Shown: piece after piece, positions 9,487-18,228 of the stretch
Numbering within the stretch: position 1 is the stretch's first letter
Layout of the letters: every line of letters begins with the position of its first letter
Assembly: GCA_965238005.1 (NCBI GenBank)
Contig: OZ250165.1
Span: 4,256,001-4,320,000, forward strand
Source: Longimicrobiales bacterium
Lineage (GTDB): Bacteria; Gemmatimonadota; Gemmatimonadetes; Longimicrobiales; Gaopeijiaceae
Length of the DNA stretch: 64,000 nucleotides
Reading direction: 5' to 3'
The notes under the pieces: model-generated
The model's database searches: none
Seen by the model: the letters and a program-made list of their open reading frames with translations, nothing else
What the model was told of the DNA's origin: nothing
Made by a program: the position numbers and the translations under genes

Positions 9487-11089
9487 GAGTCTGCGCCGCA
9501 GAAGCACAGCTGACTGAGCCGAATGGTCATCGAGCCGTCCGCGGCGAGGCGGATCCGGGTGATTGGGAGGTTGAGGACTTGTGTCTGCGACGGATCGGGA
9601 GAGCGGAATGGATGCGTTGGGGGGGGGCAAGAGAGCTACGAGAGCCCTCGCGCCGGCAGATGCGGGTGAACCCTCGTGCAGTCATGCCGCCTGAAGGGTG
9701 TGCAGCCGCTTCACATTGAGTGCCAGGCACACGAGGGTCCACTCGGCCCGGACCTTCTCGAGGCCCCGGAAGCTGAATCGTCGAAAGCCCATCACTTCCT
9801 TGATCCAACCGATGGGCGCCTCGGCCTGCGACTTTCGCCGTGCGTAGCGTCTGCGGCCATCTTCGCTCGCCAGCTTCTCCGCCATGCGGACTTTCGCCGG
9901 ATATTCCTCCTTGTCAACCGTGGGGGCGGCCTTGCCCTCCCGGGCCAGCGCCACATACCCGTCGATGTCTCGCTCTTCCAGTTCCTCGAGATCCCGCTCG
10001 TTGCAATAGCCCGTGTCCGCCAGCACCTGCGCCGGCGTCTCGCCGTACGCTTGCGCCACCGCGTCGACCATGGGCACCAGCTGGCCCTGGTCGCTCGCGT
10101 TGTCCGTCACCTCGGCCCCGACCACCAGCTGGTTCTCCCCCTCCACGACCGTCTGTGCGTTGTAGCACTGCTGGAACCCCTCCGAACTCGTCTTCATGAT
10201 CCGGCTCTCAGGGTCCGTGAAGTTGCTCTGCGCCGCCTCGTCCGGCTCTCCGTACTCCCGCTTGTAGGGCCTGCCGCCCTTCGGGTTGCGCGTCTGCCCC
10301 GGCTTGCGGCCCCGTGCGTCGTCCGCCGCTCTCTGCTCGGCTTCCAGGCGCGCCTTCGCCTCCCGGATCGCCGCCAGCCGGTCCTCGCGCCGCTTGAGCT
10401 CCTCCGGCACCTCGTCTCCGCATGCTTCCTCGCCGTAGCGCTCGTCTTCCGCTTCGTCCACCGCCTCGGCCCTCTCCAACAGCCCCCGGATCTCCGCCTC
10501 CAGCCGAGGCTCCCCGGTCACCATCCGGCCGTAGCTCATCGCCTTGCGCTTGTTCGCGTTCGCCCGAACCTTCGTCCCGTCCACCGACACCCTGCCAAGC
10601 CCCGCCAGCCCCAAGGCCCGCGCGAGCATCACCACCTCCACAAACACCGCCCGGAAATCCCCGAGATGGCGCTTGCGGAACTCGCACAGCGTCCGGTGCT
10701 TCGGGAAGTTCTCCGCCGCCAGCATCCGAAACGCGACATCCTCCTCCAGCTTCCTCGCCATCTTCCGCGACGAGAAGGTGCCCGTCGCATACGCGTAGAT
10801 CAGCACCTTGACCATCATCCGAGGGTCGTACGGCGAGTTGCGCCGCCCGTCCCCCCGGTACCGCCCGTAGAACGCGCTCAGCTCCACCGCGTCCACCAGG
10901 TCGCTCACATGGTGCGCCAAATGACCCTCCGACACCCACTCCCGAAGATCCGGAGGCAGCAACAACATCTGCTCCGGATCGTACGGTCGAAATGTCGTTC
11001 CCATTCACCCCCCTCGGTGATCCGCAAGCCTTCCCAATGCCTTCGCTACCACCAAAGATAGCCGCCGCAGGGTTCTGCGGCGCAGACTC
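9487..11089 (-). mobile_element. IS1182-family insertion sequence with 17-bp terminal IRs and CTAG target duplication
   Basis: gagtctgcgccgcagaa (9487-9503) is the perfect reverse complement of ttctgcggcgcagactc (11073-11089); CTAG at 9483-9486 and 11090-11093. Confidence 0.92.
9682..11004 (-). CDS. IS1182-family DDE transposase
   Basis: YDPRMMVKVLIYAY, SSRKM, VDGTKVRANA, TDPESRIM, ADTGY, EAPIGWIK..GFRRFSFRG. Confidence 0.93.
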   Translation of the reverse strand: MGTTFRPYDPEQMLLLPPDLREWVSEGHLAHHVSDLVDAVELSAFYGRYRGDGRRNSPYDPRMMVKVLIYAYATGTFSSRKMARKLEEDVAFRMLAAENFPKHRTLCEFRKRHLGDFRAVFVEVVMLARALGLAGLGRVSVDGTKVRANANKRKAMSYGRMVTGEPRLEAEIRGLLERAEAVDEAEDERYGEEACGDEVPEELKRREDRLAAIREAKARLEAEQRAADDARGRKPGQTRNPKGGRPYKREYGEPDEAAQSNFTDPESRIMKTSSEGFQQCYNAQTVVEGENQLVVGAEVTDNASDQGQLVPMVDAVAQAYGETPAQVLADTGYCNERDLEELEERDIDGYVALAREGKAAPTVDKEEYPAKVRMAEKLASEDGRRRYARRKSQAEAPIGWIKEVMGFRRFSFRGLEKVRAEWTLVCLALNVKRLHTLQAA

Positions 11090-11926
11090 CTAGCGAATCC
11101 TCGGATTCGGGTATGCCGGCACATCCACCCAGGCACCAATTCCGAAGACACGGCTGAGCCCAATGACCAATCGCACGTTGGCGGCGCCCGCGTCCCATTC
11201 GTCCAAACGGGTCGTGAGTCCCAGGTCGAAGACGCTCACGTTGCTCACCTGGATACGTGTGCCTAGCTCCGCCCACACACGCGTACGGCCGGAGTCAACG
11301 GGAATCTCGGTGTAGAGATCACCCAAGAGGATCCGGCTCCCGAAGCCCATGGGGATGTCGAAGGCGAGGCCGCCCCTCCAGTAGTCATCGTCGTCCATCC
11401 GAGATGCCACCACGTAGCCGCTGTTGGCGTGAAGCCGGAGTCCGCTGGCGAAGCTCCTGGTGAGGATCAGGTCCGCCCCCCAAGCCCAGTCACCACGGGA
11501 CAGATCGCCGCCCACGGGGATCTCGGCGCCAATCTGCACGGCGAACGCCGGCCATGCCCAACTCTCGTGATTGAAGTTGTAGAGGGCATCCACTTCCACG
11601 GCCTCGACCCCGGTCCGTGCCACTCCCGCTTCGTCCTCCGTGGCCGCCTCCAGACCTGCACCGATCTCCAGGTTCCGAAACAGGCCGGTCTCCAACGCTA
11701 AGAGTCCCCGGAGTGCCTTACGCCCGGCTTCCGTCCAAGCGCCCTGCAGGCCCACCTGGAACTCCCATTCCATGTACTTCTTCGGGTACGCGTCGGTGAC
11801 GTGGAGGGGTCGATCGGGATCGAGCGATCGGAAATCCTCCTGTGCCGTCGCATGGCGGGGCGACACCGCGAGTACTGCGACGACAACGAAGAACGACCAG
11901 GGTCGAACCCTCCGCGGGGGCCTCAT
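11090..11926 (-). CDS. Secreted, probable outer-membrane beta-barrel protein
   Basis: Signal peptide ending ATA-QEDFR, alternating beta-strand pattern; ATGA-coupled to the upstream gene. Confidence 0.7.
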   Translation of the reverse strand: MRPPRRVRPWSFFVVVAVLAVSPRHATAQEDFRSLDPDRPLHVTDAYPKKYMEWEFQVGLQGAWTEAGRKALRGLLALETGLFRNLEIGAGLEAATEDEAGVARTGVEAVEVDALYNFNHESWAWPAFAVQIGAEIPVGGDLSRGDWAWGADLILTRSFASGLRLHANSGYVVASRMDDDDYWRGGLAFDIPMGFGSRILLGDLYTEIPVDSGRTRVWAELGTRIQVSNVSVFDLGLTTRLDEWDAGAANVRLVIGLSRVFGIGAWVDVPAYPNPRIR

Positions 11927-12967
11927 CTCCCGCCCGCCTCCGGCCGCAAGGGCATCATGAGCTGGGTCATGGGCACCATCTGGGAATCGGGATGACCCTG
12001 CGGGAGCCACGACCCGTCCGGGAGCTCAGTGGGGACCTGCATAGCGCTCGGTGCCATGACGTGGTCTCCCCCCATCGGCATCCCTGGCGCTACCACGAAA
12101 TCCTGGGTGGCATAAAGCTGATTCCGGAGCATCCGGTCGATCTCGGCCGCCTTTTGCTCCCGGCTGAGATGCTCGTCCACCATGATGTCGTTCGTGACAT
12201 CGTGCATCATGTGGAGGTTGTCGAAGATATGGGCCGCAGCCGGGAACATCTGCGAGAACCGGGGGGCTACCTCTGCCGTCAAGGGCATGTAGTCGGGCGG
12301 ATTCACGAGCACCGAATCCACGAAGAGCGCGATGACCCGGTCAAGCTCTCGGGCCTGAGCTTCGGGGGTGGGCTCCATGAGCGCTTCGTACACGGCCGCG
12401 TGATGCCAGTGATACGACCACAGGATCCCATTGATGCCGGGATACTTCCGGGGGAAGGTCCCGGCCCACGCTCCTCCGCCCAGCATCCAGCGGTGACCGT
12501 ATCCCCGAGTGGAGTACGCCGCGCCGGGGGTCGCCAAGTAATACGCTATGGCCCGCTCCCCCGCCGCCTGCTTTTCCGTCACGTCGGGGTCGGTGAGGAT
12601 GTCGTAGAGCTGGCTGTGGAGGTGATGGGTCCAGTCCATGCTGCGTCCGGTCGGATAGGCGATCTTCGTCCACTGGGGAGCGATGAGCTCGGCAGGCGGC
12701 TCGAACTTGGGCGGATCGATGACCAACCGTCGAATGCGCGCCTCCAACTCCCCGAACGCCTCCGTTGCGTCCTCACCCTTCGTGAGCGCCACCTCGTAGA
12801 TCCCGAAGTGGGCGACGTGAGCGGCGTAAAACGATCGCGCCGCCCTCGTGTGGGTGTCGTAGAACGCGAAGTTGTAGCTCGCCGGGAGGTAGAACTGGCT
12901 GTTACGGGGGGTCACACCCGTGCAGGATGCCATCGTCACGGCAAGGATATAGACAGGAGTACCGCAA
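11923..12967 (-). CDS. His/Met-rich putative metal-binding lipoprotein (apparent frameshift in signal peptide)
   Basis: HVAH, WTHHLH, YHWHH and LHMMHD motifs; open frame 11923..12939; the SD-linked TTG at 12967 is out of frame. Confidence 0.7.
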
Positions 12968-12973
12968 GATTGT

Positions 12974-13031
12974 CTCCTCGTTCAGGTTGGGTTCGAGAAA
13001 GTCGCTTCGAACTCTCAGCCCAAACGAGGAG
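12974..13031 (-). promoter_or_regulatory. SD-sequestering hairpin spanning the leader's PPR codons and the next gene's SD
   Basis: CUCCUCGUU (13023-13031) is complementary to AACGAGGAG (12974-12982); inner stem GUUCGA/UCGAAC. Confidence 0.65.
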
Positions 13032-13380
13032 GGGGAGTCGCGGTCTCCGCCTCGGGTGGCGCTGTGTCATCGAGGTACGCCACTAGAGCGGTCAAGACGG
13101 ACTCGATCGGCTCATCAGGCCGGTCGACGGTAGCCACGACGGCCGCTCCACAGACCGCCATGGCGCACGTGTCCGCGTGCCTCGGCCCCGACGGGTCCGA
13201 GTGGTCACCATGCTCGGAGGGACCCTCTTCTGCTGCTGGCGGTGTCGTCCAGGGCACCGGGTGTCCCATGCTGGTCTGTGACCGCGGCTCTGCGTGTACC
13301 GAGTGAACCGCACAAACGGCCTGGCTGAGCACTGCTCCAACGTAGAAGACCAGAGCGAGTGATGCGGTGGGCTTGACCAT
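13015..13380 (-). CDS. Small DUF2946/CutF/CruR-like leader protein
   Basis: Signal peptide, CAVH, HGDH, HADTCAMAVC, ends ETATPPPRLG. Confidence 0.65.
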   Translation of the reverse strand: MVKPTASLALVFYVGAVLSQAVCAVHSVHAEPRSQTSMGHPVPWTTPPAAEEGPSEHGDHSDPSGPRHADTCAMAVCGAAVVATVDRPDEPIESVLTALVAYLDDTAPPEAETATPPPRLG

Positions 13381-13424
13381 CGGTGCGGTATCGAGCTCCA
13401 GGGCGGGTCGATGAATGCCACGGC

Positions 13425-13486
13425 ACGTGCTGAGTTTACGGTTCTGCTACATACCACCATGCGTCGCCAAAGTCTGAGCTGCAAGG
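13425..13486 (+). repeat. 62-bp dispersed direct repeat, copy 1
   Basis: 57/62 identical to 40369-40430. Confidence 0.9.
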
Positions 13487-13551
13487 CGTCCCGCCTTGAT
13501 CCCACCGCGCCCCGGCCCTCTTGGTGGCTCGCAAACTTCGGAAACGGAACA

Positions 13552-13577
13552 CTAGTCGTGACGATGCTCTGAGTCCT
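13552..13577 (+). repeat. 26-bp direct repeat, copy 2
   Basis: ctagtcgtgacgatgctctgagtcct; 25/26 identical to 8599-8624. Confidence 0.8.
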
Positions 13578-13609
13578 GGAACGGAATAGACGCCACGTGC
13601 CGCCATCAT

Positions 13610-13722
13610 CGAGATGACCTCCTCGACGAATGGATCGCGGATTGGCCGACCTGGTCGACTTCGACGTCTACCCGGTGATCTCCTCGAAACAAGCGCAGGA
13701 AAGGATTGAGGACGAGCTCTGA
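13610..13722 (+). pseudogene. C-terminal remnant of a DUF3303-like protein
   Basis: DLLDEWIADW / DLVDFDVYPVISSKQAQERI with one frameshift. Confidence 0.45.
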
Positions 13723-13843
13723 AATCCACGGCAGAAGCGTCGTGGTTGCCACGCCGGGGACGTCTGACCAGCTTCCGTTTCTCACTCCCGCCACCAGTGG
13801 ACCGTCCACCCACCGCTGAACCCGAGCCAGGAGTCCAGAGATC

Positions 13844-15382
13844 GTGCCCACGCGACGCCCTTCCCGCCTCCACCGATCGGTGCCTTTTCGCTTCTATCGA
13901 GCAGCCCTGGTCACCAGCGCCATGGCGGCCGCCGTCCTCGCCTCGGCCGTTCCGGCCTCCGCACAGTTCGAGGCGGCCCGGGCTCGCATCCAGCGCGCTC
14001 TGGTCGAGGGTGGCGTACCGTCGATCGCTGTCGCTGTGGCTCGGGACGGGCGTATCATCTGGGAAGAGGGATTCGGGTGGGCCGATCGGGAGAGCCGGAT
14101 CCCGGCCACCGAACACACCATGTACTCGCTGGCCTCGATCTCGAAGCCGATCACCACTACCGGGCTGATGGTGCTCGTCGAGCGGGGCGAGATCGATCTG
14201 GACCGACCGATCAACGACTACCTCGGCGCCGCGAAGGTGAATGGCCGGGCGTTCGATGTATCCCAGGCCACGGTCCGCCGCGTAGCGAACCACTCGGCGG
14301 GGCTCCCGCTCCACTTCCAGTTCTTCTACCGGGATGAGCCCTACCGACGACCCGCGATGGACGAGACCATCCGCAGGTACGCCAACCTCATCACCGCACC
14401 CGGGGAGCGTTGGTACTACTCCAACCTCGGCTTCGGCATTCTCGACTACCTGCTTGAGCGCGGCTCAGGGAAGAGCTACCCCGACTTCATGAGGGAGGAG
14501 GTGTTCACGCCGCTGGGGCTGACGCGCATGTCGGTCCACATCGGCCCAGGTCACGATGACCACACGGCCACCCGATATGCTCTCGACGACACGCCCATCC
14601 CGTTCTACGACTTCGATCACCCCGGGGGCTCCGCCGTGTTCTCGAGCGCCCACGACCTCGTGCGCTTCGGGATGTTCCACCTGAAGAACCACCTTCCGGA
14701 CCAGAAGCCGATTCTGTCGGACGCAGCCATCGACGAGATGGCCCGGGGATCCGCAGAGACGACCCGGAACGGGTGGTACGGAGTCGGGTGGCAGATCAAC
14801 GAAACGAACAAGGGCGGCCGGACCGTGCATCACGGCGGGGGCATGGACGGCGTCAGCACACGGTTGGTCATGGTTCCGGAGGGGAACGTGGCCATGGCCA
14901 TCCTGAGCAACGCGGCCAATCCGTGGATCGGCCGGATCGAGCGAGACATCCTGCACGAGCTGTTCCCTGAGTGGTTCGATGCACCCGAGGAGCCGTCGGC
15001 CCCGACACCCGAAGAGCCGACGACCAGCCCGGACTTCAACCCCATGCCCGACCTGACGGGAGACTGGGTCGGATCGGTGGACACCTACGAGGGAGAGCGG
15101 AAGCTCGTGTTGAGCGTGCACGCCAACGGAGCGATGTACGCTCGCCTCGATGATCAGCCCTGGGCGCTCGTGAACGGGATCCGCTTCGAGGACGGCGCCC
15201 TGCAGGGATCGTTCGCGGGTGACATCGGCACCGAGGACGTGAATCGCATGCCGTACGATCTGCTGCTCGACCTGAAGCACCGAGGGAACGTCCTCAACGG
15301 TGGGCTGGTCGGTCGGTCACGGATGACGCCCAAGCGGAGCGGACACGGGTTGACCCACTGGGTGGAGCTCCGGCGGCGGTAG
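13844..15382 (+). CDS. Serine hydrolase, beta-lactamase (class C/AmpC-like) family
   Basis: Signal peptide, SISK (SxxK), YYSN, HGGG. Confidence 0.9.
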   Translation: MPTRRPSRLHRSVPFRFYRAALVTSAMAAAVLASAVPASAQFEAARARIQRALVEGGVPSIAVAVARDGRIIWEEGFGWADRESRIPATEHTMYSLASISKPITTTGLMVLVERGEIDLDRPINDYLGAAKVNGRAFDVSQATVRRVANHSAGLPLHFQFFYRDEPYRRPAMDETIRRYANLITAPGERWYYSNLGFGILDYLLERGSGKSYPDFMREEVFTPLGLTRMSVHIGPGHDDHTATRYALDDTPIPFYDFDHPGGSAVFSSAHDLVRFGMFHLKNHLPDQKPILSDAAIDEMARGSAETTRNGWYGVGWQINETNKGGRTVHHGGGMDGVSTRLVMVPEGNVAMAILSNAANPWIGRIERDILHELFPEWFDAPEEPSAPTPEEPTTSPDFNPMPDLTGDWVGSVDTYEGERKLVLSVHANGAMYARLDDQPWALVNGIRFEDGALQGSFAGDIGTEDVNRMPYDLLLDLKHRGNVLNGGLVGRSRMTPKRSGHGLTHWVELRRR

Positions 15383-15737
15383 CCACCGGGAGAACGGTCA
15401 ACAAAAGACGCGGTACCGCGCGCTTAGTATGCCTTCCTGAAGATAAGCCGTATCTCCTCGGCCTGAGGCCACCGGCTCAAGCGATCAGTGTGGTCCTACT
15501 CGACGGCATTAGGCCTGCCTACCGCGAAATGCCAAGACTGCGTACCGCATCACGGTCCTCCCGAACCGGTTGGAGTCGATGGTGGAGATCCAGCGAGCGC
15601 GGAGAGAGAGCTTCCAGGAGTTCACCGAAGCCTCTTCGTACGTCCGGAGCCCTCGCCGATTTCGGTCGGTGAGGGCTCCGGGCTCTCCCCGTCTCGGGCT
15701 CTCGCTGTCGCGGCGCGGGAGGAGGCCACCGTGGGCG

Positions 15738-16112
15738 TCAGGCGTCCAGTGGCTCCACTTCGATGCTCACCCTCCGTGCATCGAACGCCATGCGGCCGGC
15801 GATGTGCCTGGAGTACTCGATGGGCTCGACGTACGCCCACACGAGATCCTCCTCGGCCCCGGCATCGCCCGAGTACGTCCAGTACGACGCATCCCCCTTG
15901 ATGGGGCAGTGCGTTCGGGTCTCGGTCGGCCTGAGCTTGTCCACGGCTACGTCTTCCTGCGGGAAGTAATAGACGGGATCGAGAATCTTGCCGTGTGCGG
16001 ACTCCTTGAGGACGATCGCGCGCTCCGAGCGAGCGACGATCTCGTCGCCCACCCGGACCGTCACGCTCGCCTGCGGTCGTCCCAACTGGTGGAAATGGTC
16101 AGAGTCACTCAT
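15738..16112 (-). CDS. DUF427-domain protein
   Basis: PVYYFP.EDV, THCPIKGDASYW, WAY..P. Confidence 0.85.
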   Translation of the reverse strand: MSDSDHFHQLGRPQASVTVRVGDEIVARSERAIVLKESAHGKILDPVYYFPQEDVAVDKLRPTETRTHCPIKGDASYWTYSGDAGAEEDLVWAYVEPIEYSRHIAGRMAFDARRVSIEVEPLDA

Positions 16113-16116
16113 GGGA

Positions 16117-16617
16117 TTACTCCTTTGCCTGGGCCGCGGCCGTTGGCCGTGGCTTCCGGCTCACGACCTCGCCGGTCTGGAGGTGCGTTTCGAGGCCCTC
16201 GAGGACACGCCCGAGGATCTTGCTGAATTGGCCGACCATGACGGCCTTCCCCATGAGCCATCCAAGGGGACCGAACTTGGGCTTGAAGGACATATCGAAG
16301 CCCACACGACTCCGGGTCTCGTCCAGCGGCTCGACGCTGAGACGCGCGACGGCCCGCTTGAGCGGGAACTTTCCCGGATCGACGATCTCCACTTCGTACC
16401 CACGGTCGGGCTCGTAGGCCGTGATCTTCTCACGGATCGAGTCGCCGTTGTCGAAGTGGCACACCCTCTCGGCGCCGAGGCCGGAGCCGATTCCGTTGGT
16501 GATGGGTGACGTCTCCACCAGCGGATGGTAGCGTGACACGCTACCGAAGTCGTCGAGGATTGCCCACACGGCATCGGCCGGCCGGTCGATCACTCGATCT
16601 ACGTGTACGTGATGCAT
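16117..16617 (-). CDS. SRPBCC/polyketide cyclase family protein
   Basis: IDRPADAVW..L.DF....YHP, GLGAERVC. Confidence 0.85.
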   Translation of the reverse strand: MHHVHVDRVIDRPADAVWAILDDFGSVSRYHPLVETSPITNGIGSGLGAERVCHFDNGDSIREKITAYEPDRGYEVEIVDPGKFPLKRAVARLSVEPLDETRSRVGFDMSFKPKFGPLGWLMGKAVMVGQFSKILGRVLEGLETHLQTGEVVSRKPRPTAAAQAKE

Positions 16618-16636
16618 GGCTTATCTCCTCTTGGGA

Positions 16637-17389
16637 TTAGATTTGAGTCATTCCGCCGTCGACGACGAGCTCGTGACCGAGCACGAACGACGACTCGGGG
16701 CTGGAGAGGAAGAGCACAGCGTTGGCAACCTCATCGGCGGCTCCGAAGCGCTTCAGCGGAACCTGCTCGGTGAAAGCCGCAGCCATCTCCTTTTGTGCCT
16801 CCGGGGGGAGACCCAGACGTTCGTAGATGGGCGTCTCGATGGGGCCGGGGCTCACGGCGTTCACGCGAATCCCGCGCTCGACGAGCTCGGCCGAAAAGGT
16901 CCTGGCCAGTGATCGGAGCGCGGCCTTGCTCGCAGCGTACACGCTCATGGTCGGGTTACCGAGCTGGTTCGCGATCGAGGTGTTGAGCACGATCGTGCCT
17001 CCGTCGTTCATGAGGGGCAGTGCCTTTTGCACGGTGAAGTAGGCTCCCTTCACGTTCACGGCGAAGAGTTGGTCGAAGTGCTCCTCGTCCACCGCTTCGA
17101 GCGGCCGCATTTGGGCCACACCCGCGTTCACGAACAGGAGGTCGATCGAGCCGAGCTCGCGCTCGACGGTCTCGTAGAGACGGTCGATGTCCTGAAGGTT
17201 CTGCACGTCGCCGGCGACGCCGATGGCCGCGTCGCCCAACTCGGCGACGGCAGCTTCGAGGGTCGTCGGGTCTCTGCCCAGGATCGCCACCTTCGCTCCC
17301 TCGCTCACGAAGCGCCGAGCCGACGCGAGGCCGATCCCGCTGTTGCCACCCGTGATCACAGCCACTTTTCCTGCCAGTCTTCTACTCAT
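16637..17389 (-). CDS. SDR-family oxidoreductase
   Basis: TGGNSGIG, NAG, YAASK, VNAVSPG. Confidence 0.93.
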   Translation of the reverse strand: MSRRLAGKVAVITGGNSGIGLASARRFVSEGAKVAILGRDPTTLEAAVAELGDAAIGVAGDVQNLQDIDRLYETVERELGSIDLLFVNAGVAQMRPLEAVDEEHFDQLFAVNVKGAYFTVQKALPLMNDGGTIVLNTSIANQLGNPTMSVYAASKAALRSLARTFSAELVERGIRVNAVSPGPIETPIYERLGLPPEAQKEMAAAFTEQVPLKRFGAADEVANAVLFLSSPESSFVLGHELVVDGGMTQI

Positions 17390-17447
17390 TGTCTTGTCAT
17401 CCTTTATGGAAAGATCGATCTACAATAGATCAAATAAAACAAACATC

Positions 17448-18029
17448 CTACTCCAACAACATACGTGCGGACGCCACCGCGTCGCGCTGAAAGGACCCCG
17501 TGGGATCGAGCTTGCCCACCGTGGACAGGCCCTGTCCCAGGGTCGTGAAGAGCCGGGCCAGGGTCCGGGGATCGCGCCCCGCTGCAAGCTCCCCATCGGC
17601 TCGCGCCTTCTCGAGTGCATAGGTAAAGGCGTCTTCCATCTCGCCCAGCATCTGTCCGAGCTCGGCGGAAAACCGAGTGTCACGCATTCCGAACTCGGCG
17701 ATCGAGTTGGCCATCAGACACCCTCGTTGCGCCATCTGCGCGTCCGCCGTGCCCCAGCTATCGAGGATCGTCCTGACGTTCTGGAGCCCGGAGCCCGATC
17801 CTCGCAACATCTCTACCATCGGCTGCAACCGCGCTTTCCGGTAGTGTCGAAGGGCCTCGATGAAAAGGGACTCCTTGTCGCCGAAGGTGTTGTAGAGGCT
17901 CTGTCTACCCACGCCCATGTGCGAGCATAGGTCGGCCACTCCGGTCGCCTCGTACCCCTGCAACCAGAAAAGCTGCATGGCTTTGTCGAGCGCGTCGTCA
18001 CGCTCGAACTCTCTGGGTCTGCCTATCAT
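17448..18029 (-). CDS. TetR/NemR-like transcriptional regulator
   Basis: GRPREF..., GYEATGVADL..MGVGRQSLYNTFGDK, GCLM. Confidence 0.92.
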   Translation of the reverse strand: MIGRPREFERDDALDKAMQLFWLQGYEATGVADLCSHMGVGRQSLYNTFGDKESLFIEALRHYRKARLQPMVEMLRGSGSGLQNVRTILDSWGTADAQMAQRGCLMANSIAEFGMRDTRFSAELGQMLGEMEDAFTYALEKARADGELAAGRDPRTLARLFTTLGQGLSTVGKLDPTGSFQRDAVASARMLLE

Positions 18030-18035
18030 GAGGGG

Positions 18036-18063
18036 AAGATATAGTTTATGACCGATCTGTCAA
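18036..18063 (-). promoter_or_regulatory. sigma70 promoter (TTGACA-16-TATCTT) overlapping the operator-like palindrome tgaccgatctgtca; probably leaderless
   Basis: -35 at 18058-18063, -10 at 18036-18041, ATG 6 nt further; related box at 17407-17422. Confidence 0.55.
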
Positions 18064-18228
18064 GAAGTAGATGAGATGTGCGACGAGACATGGCCGTTTT
18101 CAGCGGGCCAGGATCGAGGTCCTGCCCCAACTCTCCATCGAGCCCAGCGTCTCGTTCAACTGGGTCGATCTGCTTAGATGGCACGCCCCCCTGAGTCTAC
18201 GATTCGCCAACGTGGGCCAGCCCCATGG

